DNA of 64,000 nt from an uncultured Acidobacteriota bacterium (lineage in GTDB: Bacteria; Acidobacteriota; Thermoanaerobaculia; Multivoradales; UBA5704). The number at the start of each line of letters is the position of its first letter. Position 1 is the stretch's first letter. A program made the position numbers and the translations under genes. The notes under the pieces are model-generated. The model was not told the origin of the DNA, searched no databases, and was given only the letters and a program-made list of their open reading frames with translations. Shown here in pieces: positions 1-25,716 of this stretch. Location of the stretch: positions 3,936,001-4,000,000 of the forward strand of contig CAVYRF010000002.1 in the NCBI GenBank assembly GCA_963770895.1, read 5' to 3'.

Positions 1-2
1 GC

Positions 3-16904
<16,902 letters not shown>

Positions 16905-16914
16905 GGGGGGCGCG

Positions 16915-17685
16915 ATGGAACTTGCCAACGTTCGCGCCGTGGTGACCGGAGCCGCTCGCGGTCTCGGGTGGCACTTTGCGCTCGGCCTGCTGGGCGCCGG
17001 TGCCGGCGTCGCCGCCGGCGACCTCGACATCCCCGGTCTGCGCCAGCTCAAGCAGGCGGCGGCGACGCTGCCCGGCACCCTGGTGGCGTCGGCGCTGGAC
17101 GTGGCGGACGAGGCGTCGGCGGCGGCGTTCGTCGATCTCGCGTGGACGCGGCTCGGCAGCTGCAACGTGCTGATCAACAACGCCGGCATCCTGCGCGACG
17201 GCGTTCTGGTGAGCCGCGAGCCGGGGGGGACGCGCAAGCTGCCCAGCGCGCAGTGGGACCGGGTGCTGGAGGTCAACCTCAAGGGGCCGTTCCTGCTGGC
17301 GCGCGAGTTCGCCGCGCGGTGGGTGGAGGCGGGGGACGGCGGCGGTCTGATCGTCAATATCTCCTCGCTGGCGCGGGCGGGCAACGCCGGGCAGTCCAAC
17401 TACGCGGCCGCCAAGGCGGGGCTCGACGCGGCGACGCGCACCTGGGCGCTGGAGCTGGCGCCGTTCGGCATCCGGGTCGCCGGCGTGGCGCCGGGAGTGA
17501 TCGATACGCCGATCCTGGCCGGGGTGTCGGCAGCCGCCCTCGAAGAGCTCAGGAAGGCCATCCTGATCGGGCGCCTGGGGCGCCCCGAGGAGGTGTGGCA
17601 GGCGGTGCGGTTCGTCATCGAATGCGATTTCTTCAACGGCCGGATTCTCGAAGTGGACGGCGGAGCTCGCATGGGCGCCGTGTGA
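16915..17685 (+). CDS. Short-chain dehydrogenase/reductase (FabG-like)
   Basis: TGAARGLG, NNAG and YAAAK motifs. ATG at 16915 follows GAGGGGG, 11 nt after the megasynthase stop. Confidence 0.92.
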   Translation: MELANVRAVVTGAARGLGWHFALGLLGAGAGVAAGDLDIPGLRQLKQAAATLPGTLVASALDVADEASAAAFVDLAWTRLGSCNVLINNAGILRDGVLVSREPGGTRKLPSAQWDRVLEVNLKGPFLLAREFAARWVEAGDGGGLIVNISSLARAGNAGQSNYAAAKAGLDAATRTWALELAPFGIRVAGVAPGVIDTPILAGVSAAALEELRKAILIGRLGRPEEVWQAVRFVIECDFFNGRILEVDGGARMGAV

Positions 17686-17735
17686 GCGTGCCGCGAGAGA
17701 ACCGGCGAGAGCCAGAGAGCTGAGGGACCAACGCC

Positions 17736-19757
17736 ATGTACGTGCTGGGTGTTCACGGTGGGTTGCGGCGCGATTTCGAAGAGGGCGGCACGGACTATCG
17801 CTGGCACGACAGCGCCGCGGTGCTGGTCAAGGACTACGAGGTGATCGCCGCCATCGAGCAGGAGCGGCTCAATCGGGTCAAGCATTCGAACGCCTTCCCC
17901 GCCGACGCGGTGCGCTGCTGCCTTGCCGAGGGCGGCATCGGGTTGGACCAGGTGGATGCCGTCGCGGTCAACCTGTCGCGCGCCACGGTCGATCTGCTGG
18001 CGATGACGCACACCCTGGAGAACCGCAACGAGACGGTGCTTTCCGGGGCGGACCTGCTGGCGGCGCTCTTCCGGCGCGAGTTCGGCGCCGACGTGTCGCG
18101 GCGGCTGCGTTTCTGCAACCACCACCTGGCGCACGCCTACAGCGCCTACCATGCGACCGACTTCGAGCGCTCGCTGGTGATGACGGTGGACGGCGACGGC
18201 GACGGCCTGTGCGGCATGGTGCTGGTCGGCCACGGCGACGACCTGCGCAAGCTGCGTGAGTACCCGGAGCACAAGTCGCTCGGCAGCTGGTACGTGACCA
18301 TGATCCGCATCCTCGGCTACAGCCGGTTCGACGAATACAAGGTGATGGGGCTCGCGCCCTACGGCGATCCCAAGGTCTACGGCGAGCTGTTTCGCAGCCT
18401 CTACCGCTTGCTCGACGACGGCGAGTACGAGCTGCTGCCGACGACGCGCCAGTTCTTTCAGCTCGATCGCGCCGGGGTCCTTGCCCACATCCGCAAGAAG
18501 GCCGAGCCGTTCACCCAGGTGCACAAGGATCTCGCCGCCGCCCTGCAGGCGGCGCTCGAAGACATCGTGATGCACATCCTGCGGCACTTCCAGCGCGAGA
18601 CGCGCGAGGAGCGGCTCTGCCTGGCCGGCGGAGTGGCGCACAACTGCAGCCTGAACGGGCGGATTCTCTACTCCGGCATGTTCAAGGAGGTCTTCGTGCA
18701 GCCGGCGGCGCACGACGCCGGCACCACGCTCGGCGCCGCCTGGTCGGTGCTGCACGAGGCCGGCATCCGGCGGCCGCGGCGGCGCATGACCCACCTCTAC
18801 CTGGGCCGCGGGATCGGCGGCGACGGCGAGATCGAGCGCGAGCTCGCGGCCTGGCGGGATCTCGTCGACTTCGAGCCGGTCGCGGGGATCGCGGCGCGCA
18901 CCGCGCGGCTGCTCGCCGACGGCGCGGTGGTGGCATGGGTGCAGGGGCGCTCCGAGTTCGGGCCGCGCGCCCTCGGCAACCGCAGCATCCTCGCCGACCC
19001 GCGGCCGGCCGACAACAAGGAGCGGATCAACCGCATGGTGAAGAAGCGGGAAGGGTACCGCCCGTTCGCTCCGTCGGTGCAGCAGGAGCGGGCGGGCGAG
19101 TTCTTCGTGGTGACGCCGGCACAGCCGGACTACGCCTTCATGATCTTCGTGCTCGACGTGCAGAAGAGCCGTCAGGCGGAGCTCGGCGCGATCACCCACG
19201 TCGACGGCACGGCGCGCGTGCACACCGTGGCGCGCGAGGCGAACCCGCGCTACTGGGAACTGCTAGACGAGTTCGGCAAGCTGACCGGCGTGCCGATGCT
19301 GCTCAACACCTCGTTCAACAACCACGCCGAGCCGATCGTCGATTCGGTCGAGGATGCGATCGTCTGCTACCTGACGACGGGGCTCGACTACCTGGTGATC
19401 GGCGATTTCCTGGTCAGCAAGCGCGCGGAGGCGGAGGCGCGGGTGCTCGAGCTCGCCGCGAGCCTGGCGCGCACCAAGAAGCTGGTGCGCCGCACCTCCC
19501 CCGACGGGGCGCCGCAGGGGCGGGAGCGGGAGCCGGCGTATTCGATCGACAGCATGGCAAGCGCCTATTTCGGCGAGACCCGGGCGCCGATCTCGGCGGA
19601 GCTGTTCCATCTCCTGGTGCGGGGCGGCGGCGGCGGCCTGGGCGCGGCGGCGCGAGCGTCGGGGATCGCCTCGCCGGAGGCGCTCGGGCGTCTCGCGGCG
19701 GAAGTGCAGGATCTCTGGGGGCGCCGCATGATCGCTCTGCGCCCGCCCGCCAACTGA
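17736..19757 (+). CDS. O-carbamoyltransferase (NodU/CmcH/TobZ family) with C-terminal extension
   Basis: HDSAA, EQERLNRVKH, HHLAHAYS, YKVMGLAPYG, GGVAHN, EFGPRALGNRS, NTSFN motifs. Confidence 0.95.
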   Translation: MYVLGVHGGLRRDFEEGGTDYRWHDSAAVLVKDYEVIAAIEQERLNRVKHSNAFPADAVRCCLAEGGIGLDQVDAVAVNLSRATVDLLAMTHTLENRNETVLSGADLLAALFRREFGADVSRRLRFCNHHLAHAYSAYHATDFERSLVMTVDGDGDGLCGMVLVGHGDDLRKLREYPEHKSLGSWYVTMIRILGYSRFDEYKVMGLAPYGDPKVYGELFRSLYRLLDDGEYELLPTTRQFFQLDRAGVLAHIRKKAEPFTQVHKDLAAALQAALEDIVMHILRHFQRETREERLCLAGGVAHNCSLNGRILYSGMFKEVFVQPAAHDAGTTLGAAWSVLHEAGIRRPRRRMTHLYLGRGIGGDGEIERELAAWRDLVDFEPVAGIAARTARLLADGAVVAWVQGRSEFGPRALGNRSILADPRPADNKERINRMVKKREGYRPFAPSVQQERAGEFFVVTPAQPDYAFMIFVLDVQKSRQAELGAITHVDGTARVHTVAREANPRYWELLDEFGKLTGVPMLLNTSFNNHAEPIVDSVEDAIVCYLTTGLDYLVIGDFLVSKRAEAEARVLELAASLARTKKLVRRTSPDGAPQGREREPAYSIDSMASAYFGETRAPISAELFHLLVRGGGGGLGAAARASGIASPEALGRLAAEVQDLWGRRMIALRPPAN

Positions 19758-19799
19758 CCGCCGTCTCGTGTTCAACTGCAAGGAAAGGGGAAGTGTGCG

Positions 19800-21266
19800 A
19801 TGAAGAAGGCGAGAGTCATCCTCAACGATCCGGCGGAGCCGCCCTTCCGCGGTTCGCCCTCGGTGATCAACGCGGCGCTCAACGATACCCTGCGCGGACT
19901 GGGCTATGAGCTGGCGTGCCTGTACGGCCGGCGCAACTGGCGGGAGGCCGGCACCTTCCTGCCGGTCGAGGAGGCGCGGCAGGTGGTGCGGCTGCGCGCC
20001 CAGGGGGAGTTCGACCTCGAGGTGCGCTGCAACGTTTCGGTGGTGCAGTACCCGTTGGTGCGCCAGGGGGCGCAGAAGAACGTGGTGTTTTTCCATGCGC
20101 TCGTCGGCTATCCGGGATGGTGGCTCGGCAACCAGGTCGTCGACGGCTTCTGGTGCAACTCGGACTACCTGGCACGGGTGGTCGCGTCGCTCCTGGCGAC
20201 GCCGGATTGGGAGCGCGGCGCGCTGCTCGACCCGCGGGCGTTCGCGCTCGCCGGCCGCATCACCCTTCCCCTGCCCTGGCTCGACCGGCCCGAGGGCGTC
20301 CTGGTGGACGGGCCGGAGGCGCTGCCGCAGATCGCCGAGGAGGCGTTGCAGGGCAACGACATCCTGGGCCACTGCGTGGCCGGCAAGCTGGACGAGAAGG
20401 CGGTCTACAGCACCATGCTGGCGCTCAACATGATGGCGGCGCAGGGCGGGCTCGGCCGGCGCTTCCGGCTGTTCGTGGAACGGTTTCTCTACGACGGCAT
20501 GAAGGGCGCGCTGAGCGCCGACACCGGAGCGGTGCCGTCCGAGTTCGCGCCGCTCAAGGCGGCCTTGGGGCAGCTCGGCATGACGATCGACGACATCCTG
20601 ATTCCGGTGCCGAGGCTCGCCCAGGCGGCGCTCTTCCGGCTGATGCGGGGATGCCGGTTCGGGCTCTTCTATCACTGGTTTCCCGAGCCGTTCGGGCTCC
20701 ACCCCCTGGAGTCGGTCTGCCTGGGATGCCCGATCTACACCAACGGCGCCGGCAACCTGCGCTACCTGTTGCCGGAAGGGCACGGCATCACGGTGTTCGA
20801 GACCGAAGGCATGGCGTTCGGCAACGTCGCCGAGTACCGCGCGGTGGCGGAGCGGATCTTCCGCGACGCGGTGCTGAGCCCGGCGGCCGCCGGCGCGGAG
20901 GCATGCAGGCGCGGCGCCGACTACATCGCGCGCACCTACACCCGCGAGGCGATGCGGCAGGACGTGGCGGCGCGCCTGGCGGCGCTGACCGAGGCGCCGG
21001 TCGAGACGGCGCTCGCGGCGACGCGGGTGGCGCTCAGCCCGCTCGTGCGCTCGTGGAACCCGCAGAGCCGGCGCGTCGTCTCGGACTACCGCAGCGTCGA
21101 GTTGAGCGCCGAGCAGAGCGCAACGCTCGGCGAGGTGGTGGGGCGGTCGGGCGGCGACGTCGGCGGCGACCGCGCGCTGCGCGAGCGGGCCGGCGAGCTG
21201 TTCGATCTGGGCGTCCTGGCACTGCAGCCGGCGGCGGCCGGCGGCGCGCCGGCGGAGGCGGGGTGA
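19800..21266 (+). CDS. Divergent GT-B (GT4-like) glycosyltransferase
   Basis: EX7E motif EPFGLHPLE followed by GCPIY. Purine-rich RBS. Co-oriented with the cluster. Confidence 0.55.
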   Translation: MKKARVILNDPAEPPFRGSPSVINAALNDTLRGLGYELACLYGRRNWREAGTFLPVEEARQVVRLRAQGEFDLEVRCNVSVVQYPLVRQGAQKNVVFFHALVGYPGWWLGNQVVDGFWCNSDYLARVVASLLATPDWERGALLDPRAFALAGRITLPLPWLDRPEGVLVDGPEALPQIAEEALQGNDILGHCVAGKLDEKAVYSTMLALNMMAAQGGLGRRFRLFVERFLYDGMKGALSADTGAVPSEFAPLKAALGQLGMTIDDILIPVPRLAQAALFRLMRGCRFGLFYHWFPEPFGLHPLESVCLGCPIYTNGAGNLRYLLPEGHGITVFETEGMAFGNVAEYRAVAERIFRDAVLSPAAAGAEACRRGADYIARTYTREAMRQDVAARLAALTEAPVETALAATRVALSPLVRSWNPQSRRVVSDYRSVELSAEQSATLGEVVGRSGGDVGGDRALRERAGELFDLGVLALQPAAAGGAPAEAG

Positions 21267-21277
21267 CGCGGCGGCGC

Positions 21278-22642
21278 TCAGATCTCGAGCACGATGCCTT
21301 CGGTGGCGCCGTGCGCCGAGTTGATCACGCCGTCGCCGGTCCCCTTGGGCATCATGCGCAGGAAGGCTCCGCCGTAGAGCTTGCCGAAGCAGAAGAGGCC
21401 CCAGATCACGTCATGCGCCGTCCAGCCGTGCGGGCCGGCCTGGTAGAGATAGGGTTTCGATTCGACGAACTCCTGCGCCAGCCAGCCGGCCTGGCCCAGG
21501 GTCGCGCCGACGATCGATTGCCAGTCGGTGGGGGAGGTGTGGCGCCCCACGTGAACGTCCATTCCCTTGAGGCCGTGGGCCGGTTTGATCACCAGGTCCT
21601 GGCGATGCTCCATGAGGATGTCGCGCAGCGGACCGCTCGCGTCGCGGAAGGAGGTGTGCGCGGTCGTCAGGTCGCGCGACCAGGGTATGTGCTTGGCGAT
21701 GAGCTGCCGTTCGGCGGCGGAGAAGGCGTCGGAGTCCGCATGCCGTGAGAGCAGGCCGAGGTTGCGCTTGTCGCTCAGCAGCGGGCCCAGGGGGCCGGGA
21801 TAGAGGTTTACCCGGCCGCTCTTGAAAGCGCGGAAGATCTGCTCCGATTCGTTCGGATACATCTCGACGATCGCATGGATCGGCCAGCCGTTTTCGTGCA
21901 CCATCCCGTTGCGCACCGTCATGCGCTCGTAGCTGCACACCCGCACCTGGCCCTCGAGCCCGCGGCCGTCCGCTGCGAGGATGCCGGCGTAGAGACGGTT
22001 GAACGCCCGCAGCTCCTGGGGATCGTTGACCTGGTGATCGGGCGGGAAGGCGATTCCGAGGTTGAGGGTACCGCCGGCGCAGACCGCGGTGTCCAGGTTG
22101 TCGAGCACCACGTGGCGGAAGAGCAGGGCGAACGGATCGCGGTGGCGGGGCCGCAGCGCATGCTCCTCATGGAAGCGCGAGAGCACCGGGTGATCCATGA
22201 ACGAGCGCGCGAAATAGCGCATCTGCCAGCCGCCGAGCGAGCCGGCGTTCACCTCCAGGACCTTGAAGCCGTGCTCGGCTTCGATGAAGTCGTGACGGAC
22301 CACGAGTCCCGGCAGGCCGTTCGGCGGCTCCAGCAGGAGGTCGACCAGGGTGGGATCGGGGATGGCGTAGAAGTCGGCGATGCGGCGGCTGTCGTTGGCG
22401 AAGACCCGTGCGAGCAGGGTGCGGATGAGGTCGGTGACGCCGACCGTGGCGCTTTCGATCTCGCGCAGCTTGTCCTGGTCGATATAGGTGGGCCAGGCTT
22501 GGATCGAGAAGTAGCGGCCCAGGGAGGTGGCGCGCAGCCAGTCGGGGTAGCCGGTCGCGAGATGATCGATGGGCCGGGCACGGGCGGGATCCTCCCGCAT
22601 GTAGTTGAGGAAGCGACGCGAAGTGATGACCCCGTTCACCAT
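21278..22642 (-). CDS. ATP-grasp-like amide ligase (glutathionylspermidine synthase / circularly permuted ATP-grasp type)
   Basis: RHDF...KVLEVNAG, LVIKP..G.KG.DVHVG, WLAQEFV, GVINSAHG. The start codon is uncertain (could be 22600). Confidence 0.65.
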   Translation of the reverse strand: MVNGVITSRRFLNYMREDPARARPIDHLATGYPDWLRATSLGRYFSIQAWPTYIDQDKLREIESATVGVTDLIRTLLARVFANDSRRIADFYAIPDPTLVDLLLEPPNGLPGLVVRHDFIEAEHGFKVLEVNAGSLGGWQMRYFARSFMDHPVLSRFHEEHALRPRHRDPFALLFRHVVLDNLDTAVCAGGTLNLGIAFPPDHQVNDPQELRAFNRLYAGILAADGRGLEGQVRVCSYERMTVRNGMVHENGWPIHAIVEMYPNESEQIFRAFKSGRVNLYPGPLGPLLSDKRNLGLLSRHADSDAFSAAERQLIAKHIPWSRDLTTAHTSFRDASGPLRDILMEHRQDLVIKPAHGLKGMDVHVGRHTSPTDWQSIVGATLGQAGWLAQEFVESKPYLYQAGPHGWTAHDVIWGLFCFGKLYGGAFLRMMPKGTGDGVINSAHGATEGIVLEI

Positions 22643-22669
22643 GGTTTCGATCGCGGCAAGAGGTGATCG

Positions 22670-24394
22670 ATGGCTGAGTTGATCAAGTTGTTTGGCATGC
22701 TTTTTCGCTTCACGCGCGGCAACCCGCGCCTGGTCCGGCTACAGGTGCTGGCGCTGGTGGGAACGTCGATCGTGGCGGGCCTTGCGAACACCGGCCTGCT
22801 GGCGTTGATCAACGCCAGGATCGGCCGCCTGACCGAGCCGGCAGGGCGGCTGGTATGGATCTTCGCCGCTCTTTGCGTGCTTCTGCCCCTGACCCGCTTT
22901 GCCTCGCAGGCATTCCTGGTACACATGTCGCAAAATATCACATACGACTTGCGAATGACCTTGAGCCGGCGCATCCTGGCGGCGCCCCTGCGCACCCTGG
23001 AGGAGCTCGGCGCGGCGCGCCTGCTGGCCACGGTGACCGAGGACATCGGCACCATCATCAACGCCCTCACCAACGTGCCGCTCGTCTGCCTGCAAACAAC
23101 GGTGGTGGTCAGCTGCCTGATCTATCTCGGCTGGCTGCATTGGGGCCTGCTGCTCGTGGTCGTCGCCTTCGTCACCGTGGGCGTGATCAGCTACCGCACG
23201 CCGCTGCGCCGCTCGCTGCGTCATTTTCATCTGGGGCGCGAGAGGTGGGACGAGGTCTTCGAGAGCCTGCGCGGGCTCACCTCCGGGGTCAAGGAGCTCA
23301 AGATGCACGGCGCGCGGCGGGCCGACTTCTTCGCCCGCAAGCTCGAACCGGCCGCGGTGGACCTGCGGCGTCATTTCATCGCCGGCGCGACCATCTCCGC
23401 CGTCGCCAACAGCTGGGGGCAGGTGCTCTTCTTCGTGATCATCGGCCTGCTGCTCTTCGTGCTGCCGGGGAGCGTTTCCCTGAGCCCCAAGGTGCTGGTC
23501 GGCTACACCCTCACGATCCTCTACATGCTGACGCCGCTCGACGTCATGCTCAACGTGCTGCCGACGCTCGGCCGCGCCGTCATCTCGGCGCGCAAGATCG
23601 AGCAGCTGGGGCTGTCGCTCGACGGCGCCGCGAGCGAGCCGGTCGAGGCCGGTGGCGTGCCGGCGCTCGGCGGGTGGCGGTCGGTCGAGCTGGCCGCCGT
23701 CACCCATACCTTCTACCGCGAGGACAGCGACGACAACTTCACGCTCGGTCCCATCGACTTGCACATCAAGCCCGGCGAGCTGGTCTTTCTGATCGGCGGC
23801 AACGGCAGCGGCAAGACCACCCTGGCAAAGCTGCTGCTCGGCCTCTATCGGCCGGAGAGCGGCGAGCTGCGCCTGGACGGCAGGACCGTCACCGACGCCG
23901 ATCGCGACGCCTATCGGCAGCTCTTTTCCGTCGTCTTTTCAGATTTTTTTCTTTTCGATCTGCTGCTCGGCCTGCCTGACCCTCACCTGGACGACAGCGC
24001 CCGCGGCTATCTGCGCAAGCTGCATCTGGAGCGCAAGGTGCGCGTCGAGCAGGGGGCGCTCTCCACCCTCGACCTTTCGCAGGGGCAGCGCAAGCGCCTC
24101 GCCCTGCTCACCGCCTACCTGGAGGACCGCCCCATCTATCTGTTCGACGAATGGGCCGCCGACCAGGACCCCCAGTTCAAGGAGATCTTCTATCTACAGC
24201 TCCTGCCCGAGCTCAAGGCGCGCGGCAAGACCGTTGTCGTCATCAGCCACGACGACCAGTATTACGGCACCGCCGACCGCCTGGTCAAGATCAACTACGG
24301 CCAGCTCGAATACTCCGGCGGCGTTGGCGAATATCTCGCTGCGCTGGCCGCCCAGCGTCCGCCTGCGGACGCCCTGGCGCCGGCGGAGTCGTGA
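22670..24394 (+). CDS. Cyclic peptide export ABC transporter (SyrD/PvdE/YojI family)
   Basis: About 6 TM segments followed by GGNGSGKTT, LSQGQRKRLAL and FDEWAADQDP. Confidence 0.95.
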   Translation: MAELIKLFGMLFRFTRGNPRLVRLQVLALVGTSIVAGLANTGLLALINARIGRLTEPAGRLVWIFAALCVLLPLTRFASQAFLVHMSQNITYDLRMTLSRRILAAPLRTLEELGAARLLATVTEDIGTIINALTNVPLVCLQTTVVVSCLIYLGWLHWGLLLVVVAFVTVGVISYRTPLRRSLRHFHLGRERWDEVFESLRGLTSGVKELKMHGARRADFFARKLEPAAVDLRRHFIAGATISAVANSWGQVLFFVIIGLLLFVLPGSVSLSPKVLVGYTLTILYMLTPLDVMLNVLPTLGRAVISARKIEQLGLSLDGAASEPVEAGGVPALGGWRSVELAAVTHTFYREDSDDNFTLGPIDLHIKPGELVFLIGGNGSGKTTLAKLLLGLYRPESGELRLDGRTVTDADRDAYRQLFSVVFSDFFLFDLLLGLPDPHLDDSARGYLRKLHLERKVRVEQGALSTLDLSQGQRKRLALLTAYLEDRPIYLFDEWAADQDPQFKEIFYLQLLPELKARGKTVVVISHDDQYYGTADRLVKINYGQLEYSGGVGEYLAALAAQRPPADALAPAES

Positions 24395-24562
24395 GACTTC
24401 GCGACGGCGGCGACGGCGACGATCAAGGAAGACGACGCCGGATTGGCAAAACGCCGTCGACGCATCAGCGGACTTGTTGCAAACACTTATTGGCGCTATG
24501 CTTGGAACGCCGCCCGACGGCGCGCCGCCGCGCCGCCGCGCCGCCGCAAGAAAGGATAGCCC

Positions 24563-25612
24563 GTGATCGACAACCCCGAGAGCGCCCCTGCCGCAGGCGG
24601 GATTCAGGGTCGGGCGCGGCGCCGCTCCATCGGTCTGACGCTCGAAAACCTGATCGAAACCCGCACCCTGACACCGCTGGGCGAGCTGCCCCTGGTGATC
24701 TCGCCGCGCGTCCCGGGGCTCGATCTCGCGGTGTGGGCGGCCGATCAACGCGGCTTCGTCGAGGCGAGCCTGCTGCGTCACGGCGGGATCCTCTTCCGCG
24801 GTTTCGCCATCGATCAGCCGCAGAAGCTCGAGACCTTCATCCATGCGATCTCCGGCGAGGCGCTCGAGTACCGCGAGCGCTCGTCGCCGCGCAGCGCCGT
24901 CGAAGGCCGTATCTATACTTCGACCGACTATCCGCCGACGCACTCGATCTTCCTGCACAACGAGAACTCCTACCAGACCGTCTGGCCGCTCAAGATCTTC
25001 TTCTGCTGCCAGACCCCGGCGGCTGAGGGCGGCGAGACGCCGATCGCCGACTGCCGGCGCGTGCTCGCCGGCATGGACCCCGCGGTGCGCGACCGCTTCA
25101 TCGACAAGGGGTGGATGTATGTGCGCAATTTCGGCGACGGTCTGGGGCTCGACTGGCCCACGGTCTTCCAGACCTCCGACAAGGCCGCGGTCGAGGAGCA
25201 CTGCCGCAAGAGCGGCATCCAGGTGGAGTGGAAGGCCGGCGATCGCCTGCGCACCCGCGCCATCCGGCCGGCGGTGACCCGGCATCCGAAGAGCGGCGAG
25301 ATGCTCTGGTTCAATCACGCTACCTTCTTCCACGTCTCGACCCTGGCGCCCGACATCCGCCGGGCCCTGCGCGCCGAGTTCACCGACGACGAGCTGCCGG
25401 CCAACACCTATTACGGCGACGGCAGCCCGATCGAGCCCGAAACGCTGGATCATCTGCGCCGTCTCTACGAGCAGGAGACGCTCTGCTTCCCATGGGAGAA
25501 GGGCGACGTCATGCTGCTCGACAACATGGTCGTCGCACACGGCCGCTCACCCTTCCGCGGCGAGCGCAAGATCCTGGTGGGCATGGCCGAGCCGGTACAG
25601 CGCGAAGCTTGA
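24563..25612 (+). CDS. TauD/TfdA-family Fe(II)/2-oxoglutarate dioxygenase (SyrP-like)
   Basis: YTSTDYP, LHNENSY (HxE), WFNH, DNMVVAHGR. Confidence 0.93.
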   Translation: MIDNPESAPAAGGIQGRARRRSIGLTLENLIETRTLTPLGELPLVISPRVPGLDLAVWAADQRGFVEASLLRHGGILFRGFAIDQPQKLETFIHAISGEALEYRERSSPRSAVEGRIYTSTDYPPTHSIFLHNENSYQTVWPLKIFFCCQTPAAEGGETPIADCRRVLAGMDPAVRDRFIDKGWMYVRNFGDGLGLDWPTVFQTSDKAAVEEHCRKSGIQVEWKAGDRLRTRAIRPAVTRHPKSGEMLWFNHATFFHVSTLAPDIRRALRAEFTDDELPANTYYGDGSPIEPETLDHLRRLYEQETLCFPWEKGDVMLLDNMVVAHGRSPFRGERKILVGMAEPVQREA

Positions 25613-25620
25613 CCGGCAGC

Positions 25621-25674
25621 GCTCGCCTCCCTCCCCCCAGGCCCGATTGCGGGCGCGCCGCAATCGGGGCAACC
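25621..25674. repeat. Palindromic intergenic repeat, copy 1 (shortened)
   Basis: CCTCCCCCCAGGCCCGATTGCGG-GCGCG-CCGCAATCGGGGCAACC, matching copies at ~29545 and ~37207. Confidence 0.85.
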
Positions 25675-25716
25675 CAGGCAGACCTCGCGGAACGCGGGGG
25701 CCGGCGCCGCCAGGTC

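Noticed and set aside
24496-24512. Possible sigma54 promoter TGGC-N7-TTGG before the dioxygenase
   Set aside because: It lacks the conserved -12 GC, so it is too weak to call
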